Source: Candidatus Oxydemutatoraceae bacterium (GTDB taxonomy: Bacteria; Pseudomonadota; Gammaproteobacteria; Poriferisulfidales; Oxydemutatoraceae). Taken from it: a stretch of DNA of 64,000 nt. Under the pieces are notes generated by a model. It saw only the letters and a program-made list of their open reading frames with translations. It was not told where the DNA came from and searched no databases. The stretch spans positions 896,001 through 960,000 of the forward strand of contig CBDCOZ010000003.1 in assembly GCA_965220085.1 (NCBI GenBank). The letters are read 5' to 3'. Numbering within the stretch: position 1 is the first letter of the stretch; each line of letters begins with the position of its first letter. Shown here one piece after another: positions 9,639 to 18,871 of the stretch. Made by a program: the position numbers and the translations under genes.

Positions 9639-9678
9639 TCCTTCTCCCGCCTGTCGGTGTGCCGACAATTCCCGAACC

Positions 9679-10185
9679 ATGGATGATATCGTCATAGGGC
9701 GCATAGTCGGCGTATCCGGCTGTGGCGGGCATGTCAAAGTGATTTCCTTTACAGAGCCCAGAGATAATTTTTTGCAATTCAAGTCGTGGCTGGTCGGTCG
9801 CGAGGCCAAACCGTATGCGGTGCTCGATGTGAAGCGCAAAGGGCGCGGTATCGCCGCCCGCCTTGACGGGGTGAACGATCGCGACCGGGCCGCTGCCATG
9901 ATGGATTCCCAAATCGCGATTAAGCGGGAATGGTTGGGCGCGTTGCCGCGCGGCGAATACTATTGGTTTGAATTGACAGGCTTGCGGGTATTCAACCAAG
10001 ACGGCGCAGAGCTGGGGGCGATCACCAAGTTACTTGAGACCGGCGCGAACGATGTGTTGGTCGTCGAGGGACAAGGGCCGCGCTACCTGATTCCTTATGT
10101 TCGGGATACGGTGGTTACGGCGGTGGATTGCGAACGGCGGCGGATGCGTGTCAAGTGGAACCGCGAATGGCGCGATGCGGGTTGA
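9679..10185 (+). CDS. rimM: Ribosome maturation factor RimM
   Basis: MDDIVIGRIVG, EYYWFELTGL, ETGANDVLVV, LIPYV; operon position. Confidence 0.92.
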   Translation: MDDIVIGRIVGVSGCGGHVKVISFTEPRDNFLQFKSWLVGREAKPYAVLDVKRKGRGIAARLDGVNDRDRAAAMMDSQIAIKREWLGALPRGEYYWFELTGLRVFNQDGAELGAITKLLETGANDVLVVEGQGPRYLIPYVRDTVVTAVDCERRRMRVKWNREWRDAG

Positions 10186-10936
10186 TATTGTCAGTTTGTT
10201 TCCCGACATGATCGGCGCTTTGAGTCGGGGCGGAGTGGTCGGTCGCGCGCTTGAGCGCGGAGTCATACGCCTGAAGACATGGAACCCGCGCGACTATGCC
10301 AAAGGGACCTATGCCGCAACCGACGACCGCCCTTACGGAGGCGGGCCGGGCATGGTCATGATGGCGGAACCGACGGTCAAGGCCATTCGCGCCGCGCGCG
10401 CCGCCCGCGGCAATCGGCCTGCGGTTGTTTATATGACCCCGCAAGGAAAGCCGCTCACCCAAGCCACGGTCAATCGCTTGGCCGATTCGGGCGATTTGAT
10501 CATTCTTTGCGGGCGCTATGAAGGGATTGACGAGCGCATTGTGGAACTGGAGGTGGACGAGGAATGCTCGCTTGGCGACTACGTAATCAGCGGCGGCGAG
10601 TTGGCCGCCATGGTGCTGGCGGATGCAATTGCCAGACAATGTGGTACTGTAGTGGGAGACGCCGACTCGGTGCGGGAAGATTCGTTTATGACTGGACTTT
10701 TAGATTGGCCGCATTATACTCGTCCGCCCGAATACGAAGGTTTGTCGGTACCGCAAGCGTTGCGCAGCGGCGACCACGAGAAGATTAGACGCTGGCGGCT
10801 GGGGCAATCTTTGCTCAGAACGCGCAACAGGCGCCCCGATTTGTTTGAGAAGAGGCGGCTAAGCGAAGAAGAGCAAGCGTTGCTCGAGCGTTGCTTGCGG
10901 GAAACAAAGCATGACATGGAAAAAAAAGATGAGTAA
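10175..10936 (+). CDS. trmD: tRNA (guanine37-N1)-methyltransferase
   Basis: [52 protein letters not shown]. Confidence 0.96.
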   Translation: MRVDIVSLFPDMIGALSRGGVVGRALERGVIRLKTWNPRDYAKGTYAATDDRPYGGGPGMVMMAEPTVKAIRAARAARGNRPAVVYMTPQGKPLTQATVNRLADSGDLIILCGRYEGIDERIVELEVDEECSLGDYVISGGELAAMVLADAIARQCGTVVGDADSVREDSFMTGLLDWPHYTRPPEYEGLSVPQALRSGDHEKIRRWRLGQSLLRTRNRRPDLFEKRRLSEEEQALLERCLRETKHDMEKKDE

Positions 10937-11282
10937 CTTGATTTCACAACTTGAAGCACAAAGCATAAACAAAGATATTCCGCGGTTTGCCGCGGGCGAT
11001 ACCGTCGTTGTGGCGGTCAAGGTAAAGGAAGGCGGGCGCATAAGGTTGCAGACCTTTGAAGGGATCGTGATCGCGAAGCGCAACCGCGGATTGAATTCTT
11101 CTTTTACCGTCAGAAAAATATCTCACGGCGAAGGGGTCGAGCGGACATTTCAAACCCACAGCCCCCTGATCGACCGCATCGACGTGAAAAGACGCGGCAA
11201 GGTGCGGCGGGCAAAATTGTATTATTTGCGCCAGCGCAGCGGCCGCGGCGCGCGGGTAAAAGAAAAACTTGGCAACGAGTAA
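10929..11282 (+). CDS. rplS: 50S ribosomal protein L19
   Basis: [44 protein letters not shown]. Confidence 0.97.
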   Translation: MSNLISQLEAQSINKDIPRFAAGDTVVVAVKVKEGGRIRLQTFEGIVIAKRNRGLNSSFTVRKISHGEGVERTFQTHSPLIDRIDVKRRGKVRRAKLYYLRQRSGRGARVKEKLGNE

Positions 11283-11308
11283 AAGAGCCGTCCGAATCAA
11301 TGCTCGGC

Positions 11309-11382
11309 GCGGGCGTCGTATAGTGGCATTACCCCGGCTTCCCAAGCCGGAGAGGAGGGTTCGATTCCCTTCGCCCGCTCCA
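11309..11382 (+). tRNA. tRNA-Gly(CCC)
   Basis: GCGGGCG acceptor pairs with CGCCCGC, anticodon arm CCGGC-TT-CCC-AA-GCCGG, GGTTCGATTCC T-arm, encoded CCA. Confidence 0.95.
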
Positions 11383-11396
11383 ATCCCGTCTCCCCG

Positions 11397-12416
11397 ATGA
11401 TGCCTGCCCGGCCAAAAGACACGTTGCAACGTCCGCTTCGGGACTTGCGGATATCGGTGACCGACCGTTGTAACTTCCGTTGCAATTATTGCATGCCCGC
11501 GGACATATTCAACAGCGACCACAAGTTTCTGCAACGCGCGGAATTGCTCGGCTTTGAAGAAATACTGCGCGTCATCTCTTTGCTGGCAAAACTCGGCGTA
11601 AAAAAAGTGCGTCTCACGGGCGGCGAACCTTTAATCCGTCAAAACATCGATGCGCTGATCAAAGAGATCAGCCGACTGGGCGCCATCGAAGATATCAGCA
11701 TGACGACCAACGCATCATTGCTCGATGCAAAGATGGCGCGGCGCTTAAAAGACGCCGGGCTGTCGCGGATTACCGTCAGTCTGGATGCGCTGGATAACGA
11801 TGTGTTCCAAGCGCTGAATGGCGTCGCCATCCCGGTGACCCAAGCGCTTGCCGGGATAGACAACGCGCTCGCCGCCGGCTTCTCGCCGCTCAAGGTCAAT
11901 GCGGTCGTGAAGAGAGGGAGCAACGACGGCGAGGTGATGCCTTTGGCGCGACACTTTCGCCATAGCGACTGCATTCTGCGCTTTATCGAATACATGGATG
12001 TCGGCGCGACTAACGAGTGGAGGTTGGACGAGGTCGTGCCCGGCGCGGAGCTGATTGAAATGATCGATGCGGAGTTCCCGCTTGAGCCGATCGAAGCGAA
12101 CTACCGGGGAGAAGTCGCCAAGCGCTGGCGTTATCGGGATGGCGGCGGCGAGATCGGCATCATCGCATCGGTTACGCAACCGTTCTGTCACGATTGCGCG
12201 CGACTCAGGATGTCGGCAAAAGGAGAGTTATACGCCTGCCTCTTTGCCGAAACAGGACACGACTTGCGGAGTCTGTTGCGCAGCGGCAAGAGCGATGACG
12301 AGATCGTCCGATGGCTGCAAGATGTGTGGCGCAAGCGCAACGACCGCTACTCCGAAGAGCGCACCCAACAAGCGCAGCGGTTGCGCAAGGTGGAAATGTC
12401 CTATATCGGCGGTTGA
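11397..12416 (+). CDS. moaA: GTP 3',8-cyclase (radical SAM)
   Basis: LRISVTDRCNFRCNYCMP (CxxxCxxC), FCHDCARLR...CLF, C-terminal MSYIGG. Confidence 0.96.
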   Translation: MMPARPKDTLQRPLRDLRISVTDRCNFRCNYCMPADIFNSDHKFLQRAELLGFEEILRVISLLAKLGVKKVRLTGGEPLIRQNIDALIKEISRLGAIEDISMTTNASLLDAKMARRLKDAGLSRITVSLDALDNDVFQALNGVAIPVTQALAGIDNALAAGFSPLKVNAVVKRGSNDGEVMPLARHFRHSDCILRFIEYMDVGATNEWRLDEVVPGAELIEMIDAEFPLEPIEANYRGEVAKRWRYRDGGGEIGIIASVTQPFCHDCARLRMSAKGELYACLFAETGHDLRSLLRSGKSDDEIVRWLQDVWRKRNDRYSEERTQQAQRLRKVEMSYIGG

Positions 12417-12655
12417 TCTTTTGCCCCTAAGGTATCCGGCGGCGCAGAAGGGCAGCGTTGCGGAGCGCACACAGGATGAGACGGGGCGCATCATGCCAAA
12501 CCAGAGCAATGCTTCTTGGGTATTCTTTATCAGGGTAACCCTTCCCGCTTTGCATGTGTTTTGGCATCATACGCATTTTTCATTTCCGCGCTGTCATATC
12601 CCCCACGCTGTGATTAGTCGCCGCGCCCGAAGGCAACCGCAAACAGGGAAAAATC

Positions 12656-12900
12656 ATGAAACGAAAAAAACCAAATGGAAGCGCTGATGCTCTTGCCAAT
12701 GCTTTTAGAGATGTAATTGAGGAAGCGACCGCCCCTTTGAAGGAAGGGCATGAGATTCTTTTGGAAGAAATTATCGGAGCCAAAGCGTCCATTGAGCCCA
12801 TTGAAAAAACATGAAAACGGAACGGCAAAACAACAGCGTCCAATTTCGTGAAATCAACAAAAGGTTGGGCAAGATTGAAAAGCGAGCAAGCAACTTATAA
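12656..12900 (+). pseudogene. Small AT-rich hypothetical gene split into two ORFs (12656-12814 and 12811-12900), possibly one frameshifted gene
   Basis: RBS-like AGGGAAAAATC before ATG 12656; MKRKKPNGSADALANAFRDVIEEA... stops just after an A6 run; the second frame continues MKTERQNN...RLGKIEKRASNL. Confidence 0.4.
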
Positions 12901-12926
12901 CCAACCCTCACGAGGAGCGCCGACTG

Positions 12927-13473
12927 GCGCGCGCTATCGCAACGGCCCTTCGAGGAAGAGACGCAAGCGCTCCGCCAAGTGGCAAGCGCCAATCGATAGT
13001 TTGCCGTCATAGCCGCGCTGTCACACCGCGCGGATTCAATGCAGTGCGCCGCGCCATATTGCTTTGCCGAGTCGGCAATGCAGGCAATCAAGTTGCGCGC
13101 GCTATCGCAACGGTCCTTCGAGGAAGAGACGCAAGCGCTCCGCCAAGTGGCAAGCGCCAATCGATAGTTTGCCGTCATAGCCGCGCTGTCACACCGCGCG
13201 GATTCAATGCAGTGCGCCGCGCCATATTGCTTTGCCGAGTCGGCAATGCGGGCAATCAAGTTGCGCGCGCTATCGCAACGGTCCTTCGAGGAAGAGACGC
13301 AAGCGCTCCGCCAAGTGGCAAGCGCCAATCGATAGTTTGCCGTCATAGCCGCGCTGTCACACCGCGCGGATTCAATGCAGTGCGCCGCGCCATATTGCTT
13401 TGCCGAGTCGGCAATGCAGGCAATCAAGCTGTACGCGCTATCGTAGCGGTCCTTCGAGGAAGAGACGCAAGCG
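12927..13473 (-). repeat. 168-bp tandem repeat (3 full copies plus the gene's own 3' end), each carrying the tag-coding 3' end ...ERLRLFLEGPLR*
   Basis: GCGCTATCG anchors at 12931, 13099, 13267 and 13435; each full unit holds a TTGCCGA-G-TCGGCAA inverted repeat. Confidence 0.93.
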
Positions 13474-15021
13474 CAAGCGCAGGCGCTCCACCAGGTTGAT
13501 GGTCATGGTGCACTCTTCGCTGTCTGCGCTGCCGGTGCCATCGATTACTCTGAAGGGGAAAGTGGCAAAGTTGGGGGTGACATCGTGGTTGCCCTCCGGG
13601 GGGTAATAGGTGAGCCGCGGTACTGAGCTCGTCGGGATTCTGGTGCCTCTGCTGATGGGCCTGGACCCGCCCTCAAGGTGCAAGGTGCCCTTGTCGGGGG
13701 CGGCTATGTTCAAGATGGCCAGTTTGTCGCCATCCTCGTCCATGAACGGGAAGTCGGAGACCTTGAAAAAGTATGGATTGGTCGCGGTTGCGGCGATGGA
13801 TACATTCACAGAGGCATCGGCGCAGGTAGGGGCGAAGTTGATATCGTTGACGCGGGTGGCGACGGAGCACAGCGGGCCCTCCACAGTCTCCGCCGTGGGG
13901 TGGCGGTCCCTGAAACTGGCGCAGACGCGGATGTACAGATTCACATGGGCTTGCCGGGGGGTGAATCTGTCCCCGCTCGCGCCGCTGATGGCGGCAAAGG
14001 GGTCATTGCCGGAGACGGATGACTGCCACTCCCACCTCAGGGTGTCGGCGTCTATGCCGTTGGGTTCGGTTATGCCTCTGGTGCTGGCGATCAGTTCGGT
14101 ATTCTGGTCGTAGGGAGTTCCGACGACGGAGTATGGCGTGGGGTTGCCGCTGGCGGCCACCTGGACGCTGCTGTCTGTTATGTTTATCGTCAGGGTGGCG
14201 GCATCGGCAGCTTCGTCGGCACGGCTGGAGCGCCCGCCATCATCCCGCACCCTGTATGTGAATGTGGCATAGCCTGCGCCGACGGTGGGGTTGGCATCCG
14301 GATAATATGCCAGAGAATCCACCTGGGTGATATTCAGAAAATTGTTGGCACGGACACATCTGGAGTTGGCAGTGCAATCAGTGCTGGGGGGCAAGCCATC
14401 CACCACCAATGTCAGAGTGCCGCGCGCGGGCGCCGACACTACGTAGATGCCATTGAGGGCATGGCCGTCCTCATCGGAAAAGGGGAAATCCGCTCGCGTG
14501 AACAGATAGGGGTCGGCGGAGCTGGCGATGTCCGGCACATTGACGTTGCTGTCGCCGCCGACGGGCCGGTCGATCACATTCACCACGGTGCCGATGCCCC
14601 GGCACCGGGTCTCGCTGTTGCCGGCGTCATCGTCAAAGGTGGCACAGACGCGGAGGAACTGGCCGACATGGACTTGCAGGGGTGTGAAGGTGGAAGCGGT
14701 GGCTCCGGCTATGGCGGAGTAGTCGCCGGCCGCCGGCGCGCCGGAGGCCGGGGCAACGGCCTGTTGCCAGGCCCAGGTGGGGGTGAATGTGGCGATGCCA
14801 TCGGGGTCGGTTATGCTGCCCTTAGTGGCGGTCAGCTGGCTGTCCTCATTGGGCCCTATACCGGGCCCTATCGCGGACTCCGACAGCATGGTCAGGTCGG
14901 TGCCGTCCGCCGCCGTCACCGCCGGCGCGCCGGTGGCGGGGCTGTTGGTCTGCGCCTGCAACTGACCGCATATGACAACAAGGGCGAGCAGGGCCAGCGG
15001 CAAGAGGCTAAGCCGCACCAT
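13438..15021 (-). CDS. Secreted Ig/cadherin-like repeat protein 2 with C-terminal LRLRLRLFLEGPLR tag (true start may be 15100, out of frame at a C tract)
   Basis: Signal peptide ...LLALVVICGQLQAQ; same two alternating repeat types as protein 1; ends LRLRLRLFLEGPLR. Confidence 0.8.
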   Translation of the reverse strand: MVRLSLLPLALLALVVICGQLQAQTNSPATGAPAVTAADGTDLTMLSESAIGPGIGPNEDSQLTATKGSITDPDGIATFTPTWAWQQAVAPASGAPAAGDYSAIAGATASTFTPLQVHVGQFLRVCATFDDDAGNSETRCRGIGTVVNVIDRPVGGDSNVNVPDIASSADPYLFTRADFPFSDEDGHALNGIYVVSAPARGTLTLVVDGLPPSTDCTANSRCVRANNFLNITQVDSLAYYPDANPTVGAGYATFTYRVRDDGGRSSRADEAADAATLTINITDSSVQVAASGNPTPYSVVGTPYDQNTELIASTRGITEPNGIDADTLRWEWQSSVSGNDPFAAISGASGDRFTPRQAHVNLYIRVCASFRDRHPTAETVEGPLCSVATRVNDINFAPTCADASVNVSIAATATNPYFFKVSDFPFMDEDGDKLAILNIAAPDKGTLHLEGGSRPISRGTRIPTSSVPRLTYYPPEGNHDVTPNFATFPFRVIDGTGSADSEECTMTINLVERLRLRLRLFLEGPLR

Positions 15022-15038
15022 CGGATGCTTCCCGCACA

Positions 15039-15063
15039 GGGGAGGGGGGGGGGGTAGGGGGGG
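15039..15063 (-). repeat. Interrupted G tract (G4-A-G11-TA-G7) between the strong RBS/ATG at 15100 and the body of tagged protein 2
   Basis: Read directly; AAAGGAG precedes ATG 15100. Confidence 0.85.
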
Positions 15064-15606
15064 TATTATAGACTTGTTTCTTCATAGTATTTCTCATCAT
15101 GGTATGTATCTCCTTTTCCGGTAAATGCAGTTGTGCAATGCGTACTACGCTATAAATAATCCACAAACAACTGAGTGTTGTTTGTGCTCCACAAACTGTT
15201 CATTGTTTCCCTCATTTAGCGTACTCTGCCACAAAATGCAGTCCTTTGCAAGCGTCGGTATCTCCTTCTGTCTAGCGAACGAATGCCGTACTATACCACA
15301 AAGTGCGAGTTATCCGCAATACCTTCAGGATTCTGTCTCACCCCTTGCACACCCTAGCATTTCCTTTCCCCGCTATGGCGGACGAACACTATTTATGCGG
15401 GGCATGGCGGTACGGCGGTATTGCTCGCCGCTCGCCCGAAAATGACGATGACACAGCGCTATTTCACAACGGCTCCCGTTGTCGCTCAAGCGGAATCCGC
15501 TATGTCCCGCCTTGAGATGTCCGGGTTTTGACATCAACCGCGCAGTTACTATAATGGCGCAATGAACAGAAAACGACATGACTGTTTCCAATCCTCACGG
15601 AGTGCG

Positions 15607-15651
15607 ATGCGCGCGCTTCGTTTGCAACTCTTTCTGCGACTGCCGCGCTGA
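15607..15651 (+). promoter_or_regulatory. Candidate leu attenuator leader peptide MRALRLQLFLRLPR
   Basis: GGAG just upstream of ATG 15607; 5 Leu in 14 codons; lies 100 nt upstream of leuA. Confidence 0.6.
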
Positions 15652-15705
15652 GCGGCGATTTTTGGCTGGCGAGCTTCGTACGCGTTCTTACATGCATTAC
15701 TTTAT

Positions 15706-15738
15706 AAGACCCTTGTTTTTTTAAGGTCTTCTTTTTTT
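15706..15738 (+). terminator. Intrinsic terminator/attenuator hairpin before leuA
   Basis: AAGACC(C)TT...AAGGTCTT stem followed by CTTTTTTT. Confidence 0.6.
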
Positions 15739-15751
15739 GGGGGTAAACAAA

Positions 15752-17296
15752 ATGGCAGCGGAAAAGAAATTGATTATATTTGATACGACATTGCGCGACG
15801 GCGAACAAAGTCCGGGCGCGTCAATGACCGAAGACGAAAAGGTGCGCATTGCAAAAGCGTTGGAAAAACTCGGCGCGGACGTGATAGAAGCCGGGTTTCC
15901 GGTCGCGAGTCCGGGGGATTTCAATGCGGTCGCGGCGGTCGCGGCGACCATCAACGACAGCATCGTATGCGGGCTTGCGCGCGCGCTGGACAAAGACATT
16001 GAGCAGGCCGCCGCCGCGCTGAAACCGGCGCGCGCCAAGCGCATTCACACTTTCATCGCAGCGTCTCCGATGCACATGGAGAAAAAGTTGCGGATGACGC
16101 CGCAACAGGTGCTTGAGCGGGCCGAAGCCGCGGTGCGCTTGGCGCGCAAGCACACCGACGATGTCGAGTTTTCGCCCGAAGACGCGGGGCGCTCCGAGGT
16201 CGATTTCCTGTGTCGTCTGATCGAGCGCGTCATCAAAGCCGGCGCGACGACGATCAACATCCCGGATACCGTGGGCTACAGCATGCCCGGTCAATTCGGC
16301 GAGTTAATCGCAACCCTGATCGCACAGGTGCCGAACTCCGACAAGGCCGTTTTCTCGGTGCACTGTCATAACGACTTGGGCCTTGCGGTGGCGAACTCTC
16401 TCAGCGCTGTCATGCGCGGCGCCGGACAGGTCGAGTGCACGATCAACGGCCTTGGCGAGCGCGCCGGCAATGCCGCGCTGGAGGAGATCGTCATGACGAT
16501 CAAAACACGGCCGGACATTTTTGACTGCGATGTCGCAATCGACACCACGCGGATTGTTCCGACCTCAAGGCTGGTATCGAGCATTACCGGATTTCCGGTG
16601 CAACCGAATAAGGCGATTGTCGGCGCCAACGCTTTTGCCCACGAGTCGGGCATACACCAGGACGGCGTGCTGAAGTTCCGGCAGACGTATGAGATCATGC
16701 GCGCCGAGGATGTCGGCTGGAAAGAGAACCGCATCGTGTTGGGCAAACATTCCGGACGCAATGCGTTTCAAGCGCGTCTGCGCGAACTCGGCGCGGAATT
16801 CAAGAGCGACGAGGAATTGGCGCGCGGGTTTGATGCGTTCAAGCGCCTTGCCGACAAGAAAGATGAAATCTACGACGAGGATTTGCAAGCCTTGGTGTCG
16901 GAGAGCGACAGTTTCAATCAGGACGAATTCTATCGCTTGTTGTCGCTGCATGTGGCGGCGGCAACCGATGCGACGCCCGATGCCGAGGTGTGTCTTGAAG
17001 TGGACGGCGCGCAAAAGACCGCGAATGCCAAAGGCGGCGGAGTGGTCGATGCCGCGTTCAAGGCGATCGAGACGGTCGTCGACAGCGGCGCCGAGTTGTT
17101 GCTCTATTCGGTGAACAACATCACTACCGGAACCGACTCGCAAGGCGAGGTGACGGTGCGCCTATCTCTAAACGGGCGCGTGGTAAACGGTCTGGGGGCG
17201 GACACCGATATTGTGATTGCCTCCAGCAAAGCCTATGTCAGCGCGTTGAACAAGTTGCATTGCAAAGCCGCCGTGGCGCAGCGCGAAGGGGTTTAG
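15752..17296 (+). CDS. leuA: 2-isopropylmalate synthase
   Basis: [43 protein letters not shown], regulatory C-terminal domain. Confidence 0.97.
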   Translation: MAAEKKLIIFDTTLRDGEQSPGASMTEDEKVRIAKALEKLGADVIEAGFPVASPGDFNAVAAVAATINDSIVCGLARALDKDIEQAAAALKPARAKRIHTFIAASPMHMEKKLRMTPQQVLERAEAAVRLARKHTDDVEFSPEDAGRSEVDFLCRLIERVIKAGATTINIPDTVGYSMPGQFGELIATLIAQVPNSDKAVFSVHCHNDLGLAVANSLSAVMRGAGQVECTINGLGERAGNAALEEIVMTIKTRPDIFDCDVAIDTTRIVPTSRLVSSITGFPVQPNKAIVGANAFAHESGIHQDGVLKFRQTYEIMRAEDVGWKENRIVLGKHSGRNAFQARLRELGAEFKSDEELARGFDAFKRLADKKDEIYDEDLQALVSESDSFNQDEFYRLLSLHVAAATDATPDAEVCLEVDGAQKTANAKGGGVVDAAFKAIETVVDSGAELLLYSVNNITTGTDSQGEVTVRLSLNGRVVNGLGADTDIVIASSKAYVSALNKLHCKAAVAQREGV

Positions 17297-17299
17297 CGA

Positions 17300-18037
17300 A
17301 TGCCCGACGGATTGCACTCGATGGATAAAAAGAAACTCGCTTGTCTGGAAGGCATGGGGATAGATGTGTATGTGCCGCGCGGCGCGAAGGCGGAGGATGC
17401 GGCAGACGAATCCGCTGTGAGCGCGCGACAAGCCGCGGCGGATCCCGCCGCCGCGGATGCAGCATCGAATGCCAACAGTTGGAACCTGTTGCAACAGGAG
17501 GTGCGCTCCTGCGCCAAGTGCGCCGAACTCGCATCCGCGCGAACGCAAACGGTGTTCGGGGTCGGCGATGTCAACGCCGAGTGGATGCTGATCGGCGAAG
17601 CGCCCGGCATGGAAGAAGATCGCCGCGGCGAACCTTTTGTCGGGCGCGCGGGGAAATTGCTGGACAAGATGCTGCTTGCCATCGGGCTTGACCGCAGTAC
17701 CGTTTATATCGCCAACATACTCAAGTGCAGGCCGCCGGAGAACCGCAACCCGCGGCCGGAGGAAGCGGAGAATTGCAGCGGCTACCTGCGGCGGCAAATC
17801 GCATTGGTAAAGCCGAAGATCATTCTCGCGCTGGGAGGCGTCGCGGCCTCCGCGCTGTTGGATGCGCAGACACCGGTAGGGCGGTTGCGCGGGCAAGAGC
17901 ACCGCTTGCCGGGCGGCGATATTCCGCTGGTCGTTACCTATCATCCGGCATATTTGCTGCGCTCGCCGAATCAAAAACGCGCGGCATGGGATGATTTGCA
18001 GTTTGCGTGTCGCGTAGCCGGGAGGGAATTGCCGTGA
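17300..18037 (+). CDS. Uracil-DNA glycosylase family 4
   Basis: CAKCAEL Fe-S Cys, IGEAPG, PFVGRAGKLL, KCRPPENRNP, TYHPAYLLR. Confidence 0.93.
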   Translation: MPDGLHSMDKKKLACLEGMGIDVYVPRGAKAEDAADESAVSARQAAADPAAADAASNANSWNLLQQEVRSCAKCAELASARTQTVFGVGDVNAEWMLIGEAPGMEEDRRGEPFVGRAGKLLDKMLLAIGLDRSTVYIANILKCRPPENRNPRPEEAENCSGYLRRQIALVKPKIILALGGVAASALLDAQTPVGRLRGQEHRLPGGDIPLVVTYHPAYLLRSPNQKRAAWDDLQFACRVAGRELP

Positions 18038-18470
18038 GCGCGGTTTTGCAATCAGAGTTGTTGGAGTTCCGGCGCATGGGCATTGACGATACGGATGCGG
18101 TACGCCAAATTGCTGCCTATCATCCGGCATATTTGCTGCGCTCGCCGAATCAAAAACGCGCGGCATGGGATGATTTGCAGTTTGCGTGTCGCGTAGCCGG
18201 GAGGGAATTGCCGTGAGCGCGGTTTTGCAATCAGAGTTGTTGGAGTTCCGGCGCATGGGCATTGGCGATGCGGATGCGGTACGCCAAATTGCTGCCTATC
18301 ATCCGGCATATTTGCTGCGCTCGCCGAATCAAAAACGCGCGGCATGGGATGATTTGCAGTTTGCGTGTCGCGTAGCCGGGAGGGAATTGCCGTGAGCGCG
18401 GTTTTGCAATCAGAGTTGTTGGAGTTCCGGCGCATGGGCATTGGCGATGCGGATGCGGCGCACCAAATTG
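17937..18470 (+). repeat. 179-bp tandem triplication of the udg/rimI junction, creating two 60-aa chimeric ORFs (18034-18216, 18213-18395)
   Basis: CCTATCATCCGG at 17937, 18116 and 18295; copies differ by a few substitutions. Confidence 0.93.
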
Positions 18471-18856
18471 AGCTTCGGGCCTATGAGTTTCCCTGGAGCC
18501 GGACGGTGTTTCTGAATTGTCTGGAGGCCGACTACGACTGCTGGTTGTTGCGCAAGGCCGGCGAGATCATCGGTTATGGCATGATTGCGGTCGGAGCGGG
18601 CGAGTGTCACTTGCTCAATATCTGTATCGCATCCGAATATCAAAGCCAAGGACACGGTCGCGCGTTTTTGCGGTTTCTTTTCAACCGCGCGGCGCTCCTC
18701 GGCGCACATGTCATGTTTCTTGAAGTGCAGGCAAGCAACCCGCGCGCGTTGCGCTTGTACGAATCGGAAGGCTTCAAGCAAGCGGGGGTGCGCAAGGGGT
18801 ATTATCCCGCGCACAACGGTCGCGAAGACGCGATGGTTATGACCAAAACGGTTTGA
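18392..18856 (+). CDS. rimI: Ribosomal protein S18 alanine N-acetyltransferase
   Basis: GTG start overlapping upstream TGA; AYEFPWS, ECHLLNICI, QSQGHG, FLEVQASN, RKGYYP...REDA. Confidence 0.92.
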   Translation: MSAVLQSELLEFRRMGIGDADAAHQIELRAYEFPWSRTVFLNCLEADYDCWLLRKAGEIIGYGMIAVGAGECHLLNICIASEYQSQGHGRAFLRFLFNRAALLGAHVMFLEVQASNPRALRLYESEGFKQAGVRKGYYPAHNGREDAMVMTKTV

Positions 18857-18871
18857 TAGCGGCGCTTGGTC

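Noticed and set aside
8838-9999. Long antisense and alternate-frame ORFs over rpsP
   Set aside because: Shadows of the stop-free 36-bp GC-rich repeat.
11309-11382. tRNA genes as integration sites for the accessory regions
   Set aside because: No duplicated tRNA 3' end or integrase found for either tRNA.
12927-13482. Gene 3'-end repeats as DGR template/variable repeats
   Set aside because: Differences are not adenine-specific, the peptide is invariant, and no reverse transcriptase is in the window.
12771-13499. 218-aa and 151-aa ORFs across the 168-bp repeat
   Set aside because: Open only because the period is a multiple of 3; no RBS or protein-like features.
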